Source: Vicugna vicugna
Taxonomy: Eukaryota
Assembly (NCBI GenBank): GCA_013265495.1
Contig: PNXW01000517.1
Span: 1 to 64,000 of the forward strand
Length of the DNA stretch: 64,000 nt
Direction: 5' to 3'
In this document: positions 38,681 to 52,859 of the stretch, piece by piece
Position numbering within the stretch: the stretch's first letter is position 1
Layout: every line of letters starts with the position of its first letter
Program-made: the position numbers and the translations under genes
Notes under the pieces: model-generated
Database searches by the model: none
What the model saw: only the letters and a program-made list of their open reading frames with translations
Told to the model about the DNA's origin: nothing

Positions 38681-41600
38681 AATGATTATTATTGTTTCTA
38701 TAATTAGTCTATTCTTATATTATATTATATCTATAATTAATCTATTTCTATATTACTCTATTCTTATCATTACTGTATTATTTCCTTATAATTTCAATAT
38801 GCACTTAAGCAATTATATTCAAAGTAAAGAGAGAGAGAGAGGGAAAGATCCTGGTTATGAGAGAATATTACCATGTTAATAGAAGTAAATTTCAATAAGG
38901 TGAATCAGAAGTTCAAGTTTACTCACTATCTGTGAAAAGTGATCCCAGAGGTTCTCTGGGGGAGAATTCAACTCAACATGTTCAATGAAAATGTGTGGGT
39001 TGGCTTTCTCACCTGTTTACACACAAACAGGTGTATATGAGAAAGTGAAGCAATGCTTCTTGTTCTGAAATCAATCAGCTGAGCTGCTCACAACTTCATT
39101 TTATAACAGTCAGTGATGTTTTCATTACACGTATCTTGCCCTTAGACTTTTCAAGGCACTGTATCATGCCTCAAGGAATCATTGCAGGGTGACCATAATT
39201 CTGCGTCTCTTTGCTGCCTCTCCGTTTGTGACCAGTGTCTCACGGTGACATGAAATTCATCATGTGCAACACTGAAACTCCCAAGTCCCCTGTAGCAATA
39301 AATTGCATCACTATGTGTAATGGTCCCAGCCAGCAATCAGAAAATCATCCTGAATTCTCTTTGTGTCTGCCTTTTCCACGTGCAAATCACCATCTCCTAC
39401 CTATTTAACCCACGTAAATGCCTCTCCTGGGTTCTCCCTTCTCATGGGCTGCATACCACGAGTGGCCGTGGTGGCTCCGAGGCATTCATTCTACTCTTCT
39501 CTTCTAATTAAATAGATCAGTATGGATGTAGCAACACCTGCATAATTTTGCGTGCTTTTCAACTCTCCTTGAAGCCAGCAGAGTGTAGCCAATGGAGTAA
39601 ATTTGAACAATTGAAGAGTCCTGGGCCTGGAGGCACACGCCTTTCTTGTACCTTCATCTTACTAGTTGGAATTTGCATGTGATGATGCGGGGTTCTGCGT
39701 TCCTCCTGGAAGAGCTGTACAAGGAACAAAGCCCTGGGATTCAGGAACAGAAAGCTGGGAGTCACCATAGAGTTTACTATTGATCATGACAATGTGGGGG
39801 TATTTGTATGAAATAACTCATCATCAAATGGTCCCAAAAATTGATTTTAGAAGGGAAAAATCAGAAGAATAATATTTGTGATAATTCTTTGCCATCTTTA
39901 ACATTCCTATTAGATCATAAATTTTTGAAGATCATGAATTTAGCATAATTTTGGTATGTTTTATTCAAAATGTTTAACACGGGTTTCATGAGATAGAAAC
40001 TGGAAGTATTATAATATTATAACGATAATTAAAGTAATTTTCTGCCTCCAACTAGCCCCCACATAAATATAATTTGCCCTATATCAGGTTATTCTTTTTA
40101 GAGCAGTTTTAAGAATCCAAATAATTCACTGATTTACATTCCAAGTACATTCCCCGAAAGAGAGAAAAAAAGGAAAAGAAAGAACAGAAAAAAAACTCCC
40201 ATCTTTAGTTTTCGTTTCTAATAAATCTGAAATACTCATTTTATATACAGCATTGTCTTTCTTGCATTTTTGCCCACACCCACATCCTTTCTCCCATAAA
40301 TGTCTTCCCTACCATTTCTTAGGGCTTTGTGGACTTCCACCCTCTAATATTTTATGTTAAATCCTTCTTCTGTGATTCCCTTGTTCTCTTTAGATCTTTC
40401 TTACTTGCTTTTCTTTCCTGCTTGGAACTAGACAGCTCTGTCAGGATATTGTATGTGATCAGTAGCTGCATTGTCAATGTTTAGTTGGACTCTGCACACT
40501 GAACATGACCTCAGCATCTCTTCTTCCCTTGGTACCCGAAGTCTCCCAAACCCCACATGTCTCAAACCATTCCACTTTATCAGTATCCCCGTCCCCAAGA
40601 CAGAACATTCTTGCTGAATCTTTTCACGTCTAACACACTAGCCTCACCAGCACCTCAAGGATACAAGCAACACCCTCCACTATGGTGACTGGCTTTTGCT
40701 CACACCATTCAGGAGTCTGCCACGGTATCACTTCCTCCAGAGTGATTGAGAGACGTGGGGTGATGCCAAACTCCATGCATTTGCTTCATTATAGCTAAGG
40801 GTTTGCAGGGAGGTGCGGGATGAATGTTTTGGGAGGAGGAAGGACATATGTGGCCTCTGGGAGACAAGAGAGCTGCCCCTTGATAGGGCAACATGGGAAA
40901 CCGTGTCTCCGTGGGGCAGCCAAAGAAGGAAGCAAAGGAAACATGATGAAATAGTTTGTGTGGAGAAAGGTGTGTTCACTGAGACAGACCAGGATTTCCT
41001 CTGGGTACAGCAGAAGAATCCTCTTGTCACAGGGATAAGGGATCTATACCAGCATTGCCTATACAAAGTGAGATTGAAGATTTGACGCAGGGAAAACCAA
41101 AAACTGCCTTCTCTGACCGCTTTCCTGTAATTCCTCCTTTTCTTAGCATATTTTATTTCCACTCTTCAGGGCCTGAGAGAACACTGTCTGTTAGAGGATC
41201 TGTGCATGGCCTGTCCCTTACGCTAGGTAGATGCTCCAGGACAGGCCACTTGGAGGGGTTTCACTTGCTGCAAAGTTGAGAGTCTCCTGGGTGTTTGGGC
41301 ATCGATAGAGAAAACCAATTATTCCCCAGACTGCCTATTACATGGAGACAAACGGAAAACATGGACTTGGTGTACCTAAGTGATTCTGTTTGTTTTCATT
41401 TTGAGTAGATTCATGAGTCGATCAAAGGATCAGCCAATAAATTGAGTCTGTAAGTGAACGGAGTGTAAAACATTCAGTCAGTGCACTTCCTTAACACATA
41501 ATTATTTTGGCAGCTAAAACTCATTGGGCAGTTTTAAATGTCACACAAGATTTCAAGCATCTTCCATTCATTAGCATGTTACAATTATTACTTAATCATC

Positions 41601-42187
41601 AAGAACTGCATGGGACCCACAGGCATCAAGCAGCATTTCCAAGGCTGTTCAGGTTCATCAAGAATTCAAGTCCTAAAGTTCTGGTCTCCCATTTCACATT
41701 GTAAAGTACTGTTTCCTGAAAACTTCTATTTCACCCAACAAAGGGTCTCAATTTGCCGATATCTTGTTCTTTCTTTAGGAAAGACAAAAAACAGCTAGTT
41801 CACTTAGGTGTGTGAATTGCAGGGGCAAGGGAATGCCCCAGTCCTACTTTTAAGACTGGCCCTTTCATATACATAAGCTTTTAAAAATCAAACAACTGAA
41901 TTGAGATCTGCGTGAAGGTGGGCCATGGATTTTGCCTCATAAATGCTTCCATGTTTCAAAAATCAGGATGTAAAACAAACATTGTTGCTTGCCACACCAA
42001 TTCTACAAGGATCCAGGCATTAAGCCACTTCAGTTGCCTGCCAACAGTGATTCCAGAGGCCAATTCAGGATGGAAAAAACAGGAAGCATTCCGTGCTTTG
42101 GCTATACTGGCCTCTACATACTTAAGATATGTATTCAAGAAAATGAATTTCAGATGACCCTAGATTCTTGCATCTTCCTATACATTG

Positions 42188-42697
42188 TGTCAAATGAAGG
42201 AAAAACAATGCACAGCCTTAAAGTTGAGAATCATATTTCATTTGGCAGACTTCCTGAGGATTTCAAGCCGAGGAGATAGCCCTTCAGATAGCTCTAAGGG
42301 ACTGCTCCAAAGAGGTAAGGGAGGAGCCAGGATATATGGCAGTTTTTACAACAAAGATCAGGTAGCTGGAACATCCAAAGATTACTATTAAAGAAAACCA
42401 GATATCTCAAGATAAGGAATTTAGCACTTTTTTATGTATGGGAAAATGCCAGAGTCTGGGCTCACTGAAATCACTCCTTTGATGCGCACCTAGCTAGCTA
42501 GGGCCAGCATCCTGTTCTCGCCCATCCTGAGTCCCTCAGGGCACATGGTTGGGGGTGGCTGAGTGGCTGACTGCTTGATGGCGGGCATCCTGTTTCCATT
42601 CTGAGTTCCCTCAGGGCTCACCATCAGGGGTCTACTGCAGTGTGATGGCTGCAACATCCTTTGTTTACTGATATGCGGGCAATATTTTGTACTCACA
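42188..42697 (-). mobile_element. Solo LTR, MER41-like of artiodactyls
   Basis: TG...CA termini, ~510 bp, homologous in reverse orientation to 51583-52066; imperfect 4-bp flanks attg/atag. Confidence 0.75.
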
Positions 42698-43819
42698 ATA
42701 GAAAAACACTCAAATCAGTAACCTGAGATACCTGTTATTTGTAATTAACTGACATCTTTTAATGCTTTACTACATTTCCCAACCAAAAAAAAAAAAAATC
42801 ACATATACTGTCACTCCACCTTAGTGGATATTACTTTAGTGGATTAGTTAATAGTACCTTAAAGGGACTATTACAATATTTACTGAAATTATCTGTTGAT
42901 CAACGTAAGACTATGTTTAGAGGAACAAACAAGGCTTAAAATACAGCAAAATGGAATTTAATGGCTAAATTCCATTATAGAATCTGAAACACAGCATTCA
43001 GGTATGGACAAATATAGCAACTAGCCTTTCTCCTAAATCTCTAAGTGTCACTTGCAAAATATCCCAGGAACCTGCAAAACTGGTTCTGTCCCATGATCCC
43101 TGATATCATCTCCTGTCGATCATTCTCCCTTTTAATTCATGTGAGATGGAGAAAACTATTTTGACTAAACTGCTATTCAAAAATTCAAAAATTTTAAACC
43201 ACTGTCTTATACTTGACTTTATATTCAAATGCTATATTTTTGGAAAGCACATGCATACACATTTGTAAATATATAGATGTACTAAACAAATACACACAGA
43301 ACTATTTTCTTTGCAAAACCAATGGCATCTTTAAATGTACCAAAGAACTTGGCTGAAAATTATTGTAAGTATATCTTCATTTACCAGTGGAAGATAAGAA
43401 ATATGCCATGAACATCCAAACCTTAAATTTGGTAACCTATTTTTTCCTTCAACTTTGGGCAAAGTGTACCTATAAGAAAAAAATTCCTTCAGATTTCAAT
43501 GGCCTGATTCCACCCATGGAACTGGAATCTTCTGTTATAATGAAAAATTAAAATAAACAAACAAATATACTTACAGTTTCAAGCCCAATGGAGGTGGTGG
43601 AAGAGATTTATTATATATATACCCAGTTCAAAGAGAATTAATATTGAAGAGTTAAATAATCACAGAAATGTAAGAAAATAAATAATAATAAAAATAACCC
43701 AATATAATTTTATTTAAAAATGCCAAATATTGCTATGAACATCATATATTATCAATAAACAACCAAATTGTCTGTGCCTTAAAGTGTATCTATATTTTTT
43801 TTTCCAAGTCATAATGAAT

Positions 43820-44560
43820 AATTCACAAGAAAGATACACAAACAGGCAATAAATTAATGCAAAAGTCCACAGCATCATTACACATCAGGGAAACACAAAT
43901 TAAGACCAAATGACTCACCACATGAGGCAAAATGCGACAAAATGCAAAAGCTTGGTAATACCCACAGTTTCTGCCAATTTGAAGCAACTGCTACTCAAGT
44001 GCTTTGCTGATGGGACTTTAAAATCTGACACCTACTCTGAAAAACAGATTACTAAAAAGTTAACCATGCATTAACCAAAAAAGTAAACACATAGGCTCCC
44101 ACACACACCAAAAAATGGTTAATAGCAGTTTTAGTCATAACTGTTCCAGATGGAAAAGAGCCCAGATGTCTATCAACCAAACAGCGCCTAAAGCAACGGG
44201 GACACTTGCCAACAAAGAAGCGTGATTCAACAATTAAATAAACAAAAGCAAACTGCTGGTAGAAGTAAAACTGTGGAGAAATCTTCAAAAACATATTAAG
44301 CTGAGAGAAAGGCACAAGATACACGAAAAATGCCTACTGTATGTTTTCACTGATAGGAAATTCTAGGAGAGGTTAAGCCAATGGAGAGATACAAATGGCA
44401 TCAATGTTTGCCTCTCGGTTGAGGGGTTTTACCGGAAAAGGGCATTTGGGTGTGGTTTGCGAAGGGATTAGTTACAAGAGCATGGACAGTTGAAACTGAT
44501 TGAAAGGCACCCTTCAGATGTGAGTGTTCTGGCGTCTGTAAATTATACCTCAATTTTAAA
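43820..44560 (+). mobile_element. Ancient L1M 3' end
   Basis: catcagggaaacacaaattaagacc...cccagatgtctatcaac...taaattatacctcaat. Confidence 0.7.
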
Positions 44561-44856
44561 ACTCAACAAACTTTAACATCGTTTGACCACTCTATTTATT
44601 CTTTGAACAGATATTTATGCTGAGGTGTGGTGTAGACATATTTTAATAGTGATTTGCAATGAGCAGATTTTTAACAATCCACAGTTTGATTTGTTGATGA
44701 TGGAAGAGTAAATCATCCCAAAGCGGAAGGTCCACCTGCATCTTGAAGCAAAGCAGAAATAACAGGCAGAGAAATGATGTATATATAACCTCAGTCAGGA
44801 AAACCCGCTACATTCACTTCTTACAACTTCGAACTTTGGGGCAAATCAGTGTCATC

Positions 44857-45795
44857 TTAATCATGACTTAAGGCAGCACACTGATCCATACACTTGCTCA
44901 GGGCTCCCTTGACCTCGCTATTCCTCAAACTGTAGATGAGGGGGTTCAGCACAGGGGTGAAGACTGTATAGTAAACTGACATCACCTTATCGTGGTTTGC
45001 TGACCTGTAGGATTTGGGTCTCATGTAGATAAAAATGGCAGCTCCAAAAAAGGGTCCCACAACGGACAGATGTGAGGAGCAGGTGACACAAGCCTTCTTG
45101 TGGGCTTCGTTAGAACGCATCTGGAGAACGGCAGTGAGGATGAGGCCATAGGAAGTCAGGATGAGGGAAAGGGGGACCAGGAGCATCAGCACACAGCACA
45201 TGTACATGACGTCCTCAAAGACAGACGTGTCAGCACAAGCCAAACGCACCAGCATGGGGGCCTCGCAGAAGAAATGGTCGATCTCACGAGCACCGCAAAA
45301 TGGGAAGCTCAGGACAGCAGCAGCCTGCATGAGTCCATCAGCCGCCCCCAGGAACCAAGACCCCAAAATCATCCTCAGGCATGACTGCCTACTCATGAGG
45401 ACTGAGTATCTCAGTGGGTGGCAAACAGCGACGTAGCGGTCGTAGGACATGGCTGCTAAGAGGAAGCACTCACCCCCTCCCAGAGTGAGGAAGAAAAAGA
45501 TCTGCAGCCCACAGCCAGCTGGGGAGATGGGCTTCCTGTCAGTCAGGTAGTCAGCAGCCATTTTGGGCACGATGGTGCACACCAGCATCAGGTCCATGAG
45601 GGAGAGTTGGCTCAGGAGGAAGTACATGGGCCTGTGGAGCCAGGGGTCCAGGAGAATCAGGAGAAGCATGAGGGCGTTGCCCACGAGGGAGGTGAAGGCC
45701 ATCATCAGAACCATCACAAAGAGAAATAAATGGGCTCCTGTGTGGTTAAAGAGACCTAGGAGAATGAACTCTGACGTCGTATTCCAGTTTCCCAT
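44857..45795 (-). CDS. OR2T8/OR2T12/OR2T33-like olfactory receptor, 312 aa
   Basis: First ATG at 45795 ([19 protein letters not shown]); [55 protein letters not shown]; intact 7TM. Confidence 0.9.
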   Translation of the reverse strand: MGNWNTTSEFILLGLFNHTGAHLFLFVMVLMMAFTSLVGNALMLLLILLDPWLHRPMYFLLSQLSLMDLMLVCTIVPKMAADYLTDRKPISPAGCGLQIFFFLTLGGGECFLLAAMSYDRYVAVCHPLRYSVLMSRQSCLRMILGSWFLGAADGLMQAAAVLSFPFCGAREIDHFFCEAPMLVRLACADTSVFEDVMYMCCVLMLLVPLSLILTSYGLILTAVLQMRSNEAHKKACVTCSSHLSVVGPFFGAAIFIYMRPKSYRSANHDKVMSVYYTVFTPVLNPLIYSLRNSEVKGALSKCMDQCAALSHD

Positions 45796-46919
45796 GATTT
45801 CCAGCAAGATGGAGAAATAGATGAGGTTACATGTACATATAACATAGCAAAAAAAATTTAACTCTATTAAAATCAGTTAATTCTTGTTGACATCCATTCG
45901 TCTAGGGAGGCATTTTCACTTTGCAAACAAGAAAACTTACATCCTTAGTCCTAGGAACTGTGAGTATCGAGGCTGCAGGTAGAAACATAAGTTTATTTAG
46001 AATTGTTAGTTCATTTAGTTTAACTTTGCCAAGCTGTGCATTGAAAACAGTAATGATCTTCTTAGAATATGTTCTCCCAATATAACCCTCTAATACTGAA
46101 GGGAAACTGTAACTGTAAAATGACGTTTTGTGTAACGAGATCTGTCCTGGTCAAAGTCATAGAAACATAATCTTTACTGGGTGAAGAAGAGAAAATAAAA
46201 CTCCTTACTTCTTCACCCAACCACAGAAATAAGTGGTTCTTCTTCAGTTCTAAGAGGACCTAAGTCCTTAAAGGTATTTTTGTCTCTGATCTCCTGGAGC
46301 TGAAACTGCCCTAGCTTGTTGAATAAATACAATCATACCTGCAGAGATGAGGAGGATGCTAATTCAGTATCAAAGATACGGTGTGATTCAGCGATGTTAC
46401 AGGGCAGAGGGAGTCCATCTCTTCCACCTCCCTTTACCCCCACTTTTTACATTCATCCCATACTTGACTGCCAATCACGATGGAGAAAGGAAGTGCAAAA
46501 AGGGTCACTCAGTCCCGAACTCCATTGCGTCAACACCACCTCTGTACTGACAGCATTCTACCTGAGGGTTTTAGTTGATTGTTTTAAAGTTAGATGTCAT
46601 GGAAATACACTTCTTCCTTGTCAAATGTATTTCACATTTGCCAAAACTTTGTAATCTGCACAATCTCATATATCTAACATGCAGTTTGAACCACTAGTAA
46701 CTATATGCAATTCTTAATTATAGATATCGGTATTGCTCTTCTGAAGGACTTCAAACCCTTCTAACTTTTTTTTTTGACGCAAGACCTTATATTCCATTAT
46801 TTCCATCTCTTTTTATTGTTGAAGATTGACAGAATTTTAAATCTATTTAAAAATTAACAGGTAACTAAGTATAACTGGAGGGTGTTGGGCAAGTGTGTTA
46901 AATTAATTTTTTGATGCCA

Positions 46920-47340
46920 TCTTACCCATTTTTAAGTTTATTGTCAATACTGTGGCATTAAATATTTTCATATATTTGTGAACCCATCACCAATATGAAT
47001 GCTCAGGACTTTTTTCATCTACTCAGACTGAAATCCACTGAACGAGAACTCTCCATTCCCTTCTCCCCAGGCCATGGCAACCACTGTCCCACTTTCTGTC
47101 TCTATAAATGTGAATATTCTAGGAACATCAGATAAGTGAAATCAAACAGTATTTGCTTTTGCTTTTGTTTTTTGATTGTTTTTTTTTCACTTGTCATTAT
47201 GTCCTCAACGTTCATCCATGCTGTAACATGAATCAGAATCTCCTTCATTTTAAGGCTGAGTAATATTCCTTTGCATGCATGTACTGTATTTCACTTATTA
47301 ATTCCTTCCATCTATGGATACATGTGTTGCTTCCAATCTG
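46920..47340 (-). mobile_element. L1MB-like 3' end
   Basis: aactctccattcccttctccccaggccatggcaaccact...tccttcattttaaggctgagtaatattcc. Confidence 0.75.
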
Positions 47341-47536
47341 GTTTCATATTTAACATTCATTTAGTGGGATATTTGATAACATATATTCATTATTTTTCAT
47401 TTTGATATGGTAAACGTATATAGCCTAAAAGTACAGCAATCTGAGATAACTTTCTGCTTATGTCATGCAAGAGAATTTCAGATATTTTAGGTAATAATTA
47501 CAACTTATGTGAATTTTCAATTTAGAAAACACATTT

Positions 47537-47623
47537 ACTTTTTTTTTAAATTTTATTGAGTTAAAGTCAGTTTACAATGTTGTGTCAATTTCCAGTGTAG
47601 AGCACAATTTTTCAGCCATACAC
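47537..47623 (-). mobile_element. Short 5'-truncated young L1 3' end with TSD
   Basis: Poly-T head, ttttattgagttaaagtcagtttacaatgttgtgtcaatttcc; TSD agaaaacacattt / agaaaatacattt. Confidence 0.75.
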
Positions 47624-50394
47624 AGAAAATACATTTTCTAATGAAGTTTCTACTTGTGTTTAATATTTTATCAAATATGAAATAATTAGGTCAACTTTTC
47701 AGCAGACATGAGTAATATATCTACACATTTTCTTTTCTGGTGAAATAAATGTATAAAATAATCAGTCAGCACAAATGTAACTGACTAGTCAGCATACTAA
47801 TAGTGTTTAGATTATTTAATGGAAAGGTCAACTAAATGTGTCAATAAGTGGTACATAATTATGCTTTCCTAAGATGTGACAGTGTTTGATCGATTGTTTA
47901 ATTAAAATTCTTATCTACCTTTTCATATTACGCAAGTGAGACTAGCTGCTACTAATTAGAATGTTTGTAAACCTATGCAAAGTGGATTCTAAGGAATAAT
48001 TTCTAACAAAATTGACTACGGATACAAAATGTGGTAAAAATTCTAAATGAGGAATTAAGTCATCTTGCAAATAAAATATTTACAATGACACTAAGTGGAA
48101 TCATAAAAGCTCACCTCTTACTACAGGAATAGGAATATTTAAGACTGTAAAGATAAATATTTCCTTCTTTTTCTTGATCATGGCTTCAGAACACTAGACA
48201 TTTTTTGTCTTTTCTTCTTAGAATGGTGCTAAAATTGTTATATCTTTAAATTATAAACTCATCTCTTTTGCAATGCTACCATAGGCACAAAATATCCTTT
48301 CTGTTTATTTTTCCATGGAGTAACCATAGACTATTAAGAAAACTGCCTATAATTTTTCTTTCTATATTTTTCTGATCCTTGTTGCCCTCACTTAACATTA
48401 AAACTATCATTTCTCCCCAGGATACTTGGATGATTACTCAAACTATTCTTTAAAGAATAAAATAGTAGCAGTCAAATCATTTATGTGACAGAATTGACAG
48501 ATTCTTACAAGTGTTTTGACCTGATGTGTGTGTCAGCTAACATTCGTTTTAGTTCTGCAGCTTGTAGGATAGATAATAGAATGGATTTTATTTGTAAGAC
48601 TATACAGAGAAGGTGGTAAAACTGGATTTTGCTGGAGTTCAAATTTCATAAACAAAACTAATATTTTTTAATGACATACTCACATAAGATAAAAATAATG
48701 AACTCCAATAGCCTGGGTCTGCATCCCCTCTGAGCAGCATCCTCCTAATGTCCCTCTTGGAGTGGAGAAAGCTTCTTTTAATCTTGCAGCTTCAAACCTG
48801 CTCATATTAGTGTTGGGAGTCACCTATTAAGGGGTGGGGCCTATTCCCATCTTATGTTAAAATTACTGTCTTATTACTATGTCAGAGCTGCAAAACCATG
48901 ACTCTTTGGATACCAAAGATACTTAATTTTCAAGGATTTTATAGATTTCCAGAACTTCAATATACTTTCCCTATATACATTCAGAAGGTTATAATTCATT
49001 AAAAATAAGAAAAAAAAACACTTATAAGAAAATGTGAAATGTAAGTAGATGTCTTTGGAAAAGGATGATGATTTAAAAATACATTAAGCAGTGGATTAAT
49101 CTGTTTCTGCCAATACTTGTTAAAACTTTGATACACAGGGAAGATTAATGAGTGTGTCGCTGAGAGACAACCTTTGGTCAAAAGTACTAATTAAATTAAT
49201 AACGCCTATGGTAGGATTTATCAATTTTTTATTTTTGAATTTTGTTTGATACAATTGCTATGAGTTATGTTTCTATTAATTTGTTTCTTTGTAACATAAT
49301 TTTATATTTTACATGTTTATTTGTGTCTGAGTAATAAAATGCTTGATAATTGCAAAGACAGTTACAGCAGATTACATCTTTGATGCCAACAGCCATGCAG
49401 TTTGATTCTATCTGGTCTAAGTTTTATGATTTTATTATTATATAACTTTATATTTTCAGTTCCCAGGGAAAGCGTGGTTCTTGGCTCCATTTTTACCACT
49501 CTTGTGACCTTGTCTTTTCTAAGAGTAACTATAAGCATCATATAACATAACTATAAAAATTTTTTTCAATATCTCTCTCTCATGGAATAGTTGATGGGAA
49601 ATGCTGGAAGGAAGTACATGCCTGTTACTCAGATATTCTCATTAGTGCTGACCAGGTAATTTCAGACTGACTGGTTAAGATTATATTTCTTGGACAGGCT
49701 GAAATTGCAATTAGGTTAGATACTAAGTCTCAGTTTGGTGACATGTGTTTAGCACAAATACCCCAATTTTTTTTTGTCTCTTGTCTTTTTTTTCTTCTTT
49801 TTCTTCTTTGCTCCTTTTTTAACAAGACTTAACTACGAAATTATGGAAATTTAGGACACTAATTACAGGAACTGAAAAGTAAAAAGGATATTTAGAAATA
49901 TTTAGGAGGTAAAATTATGATGATTTTGTGATTACTTATCTATGGAAATGAGACAAGAGGTCAGGTTGGGGCCCAAACATCTCATTGGCTCTAATTTATA
50001 TGACACGTATGTGTTTGCTCCTTATAATGTATAATAAATAATATATAATCATATATAATAAATAATCCAAAAGTATTTAATGACTGATAGTCATTTGTTC
50101 CAAGAAGCAACTTTTATTCTCCTCCCTATTTTAAAAGTGAGTAAAATGTGTAGCAGAGGTTAACTAAATCTTGCAATAAGAAGACAATTTTTTTTCACAT
50201 AATTGACCTACACTTTGTTGTATGAAGACACTACTCATTCATCAAAATAGGAAGAGAGGGAGACATACTCTTTCCCCTTTCCATAAATCAAACTTTGTTA
50301 ATTGCATCTATACGAAAAATCTAAAAGCACACAGTGTGCATTATAGAAGCATCCAAATAGATACCATTTGATTTAAAATTTGCCTCTTCCAGTA

Positions 50395-51582
50395 AAAAAC
50401 ACATGGAGACTAAACAACATGTTATGAAAAACCAAAGGGTCAATGAAGAAATCAAAGAGAAAGTCAGAAAATACCTCAAGACCAGTGAAAATGAAAACAC
50501 AGCTCTCCAATATCTATGGGATGCAGCAAAAGTAGTTCTAACAGGCAAATCGATAATGATATAGGCCTCCCTCCAGAAAAAAGGAAAATATCAAACCATT
50601 TAACCTACTGCTTAAAGAAATTAGGAAAAGAACAAAGATCAAAGTCAGCAGAAGTGTGGCAATAATAAAGATGAGAAAGGAGTAAATGAAATAGAGAGAC
50701 AAACAAAAGCAGTGAGAATATTAGCGAAACCAAGAGCTGATTTTTTGGAAGGAAATACAAAACTGATAAAACTCTAGCAAGGCTCATCAAGAAACAAAGA
50801 GAGAGAACCCAGGTAAACACAACAATAAACAAAGTTAAGAAATGGAAGAGGAAAAATAGCAATATCACAGATACAAAAACTTACCAGAGAATACTATAAA
50901 TATGTCAACAAGCTTGACAACGTAGAAGAAATGGACAAACGCCTAGAACTTACAACTTGCTAAGATGAGTCAAGAGGAAACATACAATTTGAACAGAAGA
51001 ATGACTAGTAGCAAAATTTTTAAAAAATCAAATATACAGTGGCCCCAAACTGGACAGCTCACAGAGGAATCCCATCAAACATATAAAGAAGAAGTAATAT
51101 CTATCCTTCTCACAGTATTCCCCACCCAAAAAAAAAAAAATTGAAGAGGACGGAGGATGGAACACTCCCAAATTTATTCTCCAAAGCCACCATTTTCCTA
51201 ACACCGAGACCAGACAAAGATACTATAAAAATATTACAGGCCAATATCTTTGATGAATATAGGTGCAAAAGTCCTCAAAAATATTAGCAAACCAAATACA
51301 ATAATATATTTTTTTTTAAAAAAAAAGATCATACACCATGATGAAATATGGTGTACTCCAAAGATGCAAGGATAGTTCAATATTTGAAAATCAATGTGAC
51401 ACACCACATTAAAAAGGGGGAGGATAAAAATTACATCATCAAATAGAAGCAGACAAAGCAGTTAAAATTTTCAACATTCTTTCATGATAAAAACACTCTC
51501 TCAAAGTTTTATAGAGGGAACATATCTGAACATCATAAAAACTGCTTATGGCAAACCTAGAGCTCACATCATACTCAATGGT
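50395..51582 (+). mobile_element. L1 ORF2 internal fragment, ending at an LTR
   Basis: gggtcaatgaagaaatcaaagag...ctatgggatgcagcaaaag...ccagacaaaga...aatattagcaaacc; frameshifted. Confidence 0.85.
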
Positions 51583-52066
51583 GTGTGAACAAAAAATACT
51601 ACAAACCATATCATGTGTAAACAAAGAGTGCTGAAACCATCAAGTCATCAGCAGCTGCCGCCACCCCACAGTGAGGACAGGCCTGCAGCCCGGCCCCTGC
51701 AGCCACTCACAGTGGTGCACCCTGAGGGGACTCAAAATAAGAAAGGGCAGGGCACTGGCCCTAGATGGCTAGGTGCTTGTCCAGGGAGCAATTTCAATGA
51801 GCCCAGACATTTGCTCCTTATCATAACATAGAAAAATGCTAAATTCTTGCAGATGTCTGACTTTCTTTAATTAGTGGTAGTCTTTTAATGTTCCACTACT
51901 TGGTCTTTGTTTAAAAGCCCTGTGTATCCCGGCTCTTCCACCATCTCTTTGGGGCAGGTCCCTCAGAGCGATCTGAGAGGCTGTCATCCTAGACAGAGTC
52001 CTCAGAAGTGTCGAGTGAATAAAACGTGTTTCTCAGCTTTAAGGCATGTATTTTATTTCAGTTGAT
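51583..52066 (+). mobile_element. MER41-like LTR
   Basis: Homologous to 42188-42697; AATAAA at ~52018. Confidence 0.75.
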
Positions 52067-52069
52067 ACC

Positions 52070-52780
52070 TCCCATAGCTGGCTTTTACCTTTCACCACTT
52101 TTTTTTTTTGTCTTCTTTAGCTTTAAGGGGATGTCCTGGGCCATTTTAGGAAGGACTGACTTTTCCTGGGTCTCCCCCATGTATACAGGAGCTATATACG
52201 TTAATAAATGTGTTTCTTTTTTTCTCTATTAATCTGAATTTTATTCACGGGGCATCTCAACCAAAATATTACCTAGACGGGCAGAGAAAACAATGCTTTG
52301 TTTCTTTCCTACAATATTTTCCTGTAATTTCGGGTACAATGTTTCCATCTTGCTTTTCAACAAACCAAGTCCAGAGATACGGTGTGGTTCCCCTAAGCCA
52401 TGGAGTGTCAGGTTCAACAATTATGGTGTGAATCTTTCTGTGTCCCTCATTTCTTCTTGGTAGGAAAAAGGCTTCATTCAACCTCCGAGACGTTCCCTGA
52501 GTTCCACAGGGCAGATTCAAACATTTGCTAATCTGGGAATGGAAGGAATGCAGAAACAAGGGAGGAATAATCAAGAAACAATAGAGCAGCCCTGAGGCAA
52601 GGTCCTGATGCCTCCTCAAGGAATATACACAACAATATCTTTCAGTTCTGCCGGAAATAAGGCTCTCCCCAATCTCTGTCTCTTGTTCATGATGGCACAG
52701 AATCTTCAGAGATTATTTTTGGTGGAGGGGAAGACACTGGATTCATCAGGTTGCTGGCATTCTGATTAAAAGCAATTTTC
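52070..52780 (+). mobile_element. Fragments of further ERV1 LTRs
   Basis: LTR-like 3' end with AATAAA (~52203); 52432-52650 is homologous to the LTR at 54500. Confidence 0.55.
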
Positions 52781-52859
52781 TTTTTTGTTACTAAGGCTCT
52801 TGCCCCCAGCATCATACCCCTGCCCCTCCCTCAAATAGAAACCAATTTTTTTTTCTAAG

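Noticed and set aside
39100..41500. Short ORFs, possible extra OR remnant or enhancer in a less AT-rich stretch
   Set aside because: No OR or other protein motifs on inspection; scattered O/E-like words and a 10-bp inverted repeat (41207-41248) are too weak to call.
48661..48680. TTTTTTAATGA resembling the OR H/P-element homeodomain 13-mer
   Set aside because: Partial match only, in AT-rich DNA where it is expected by chance.
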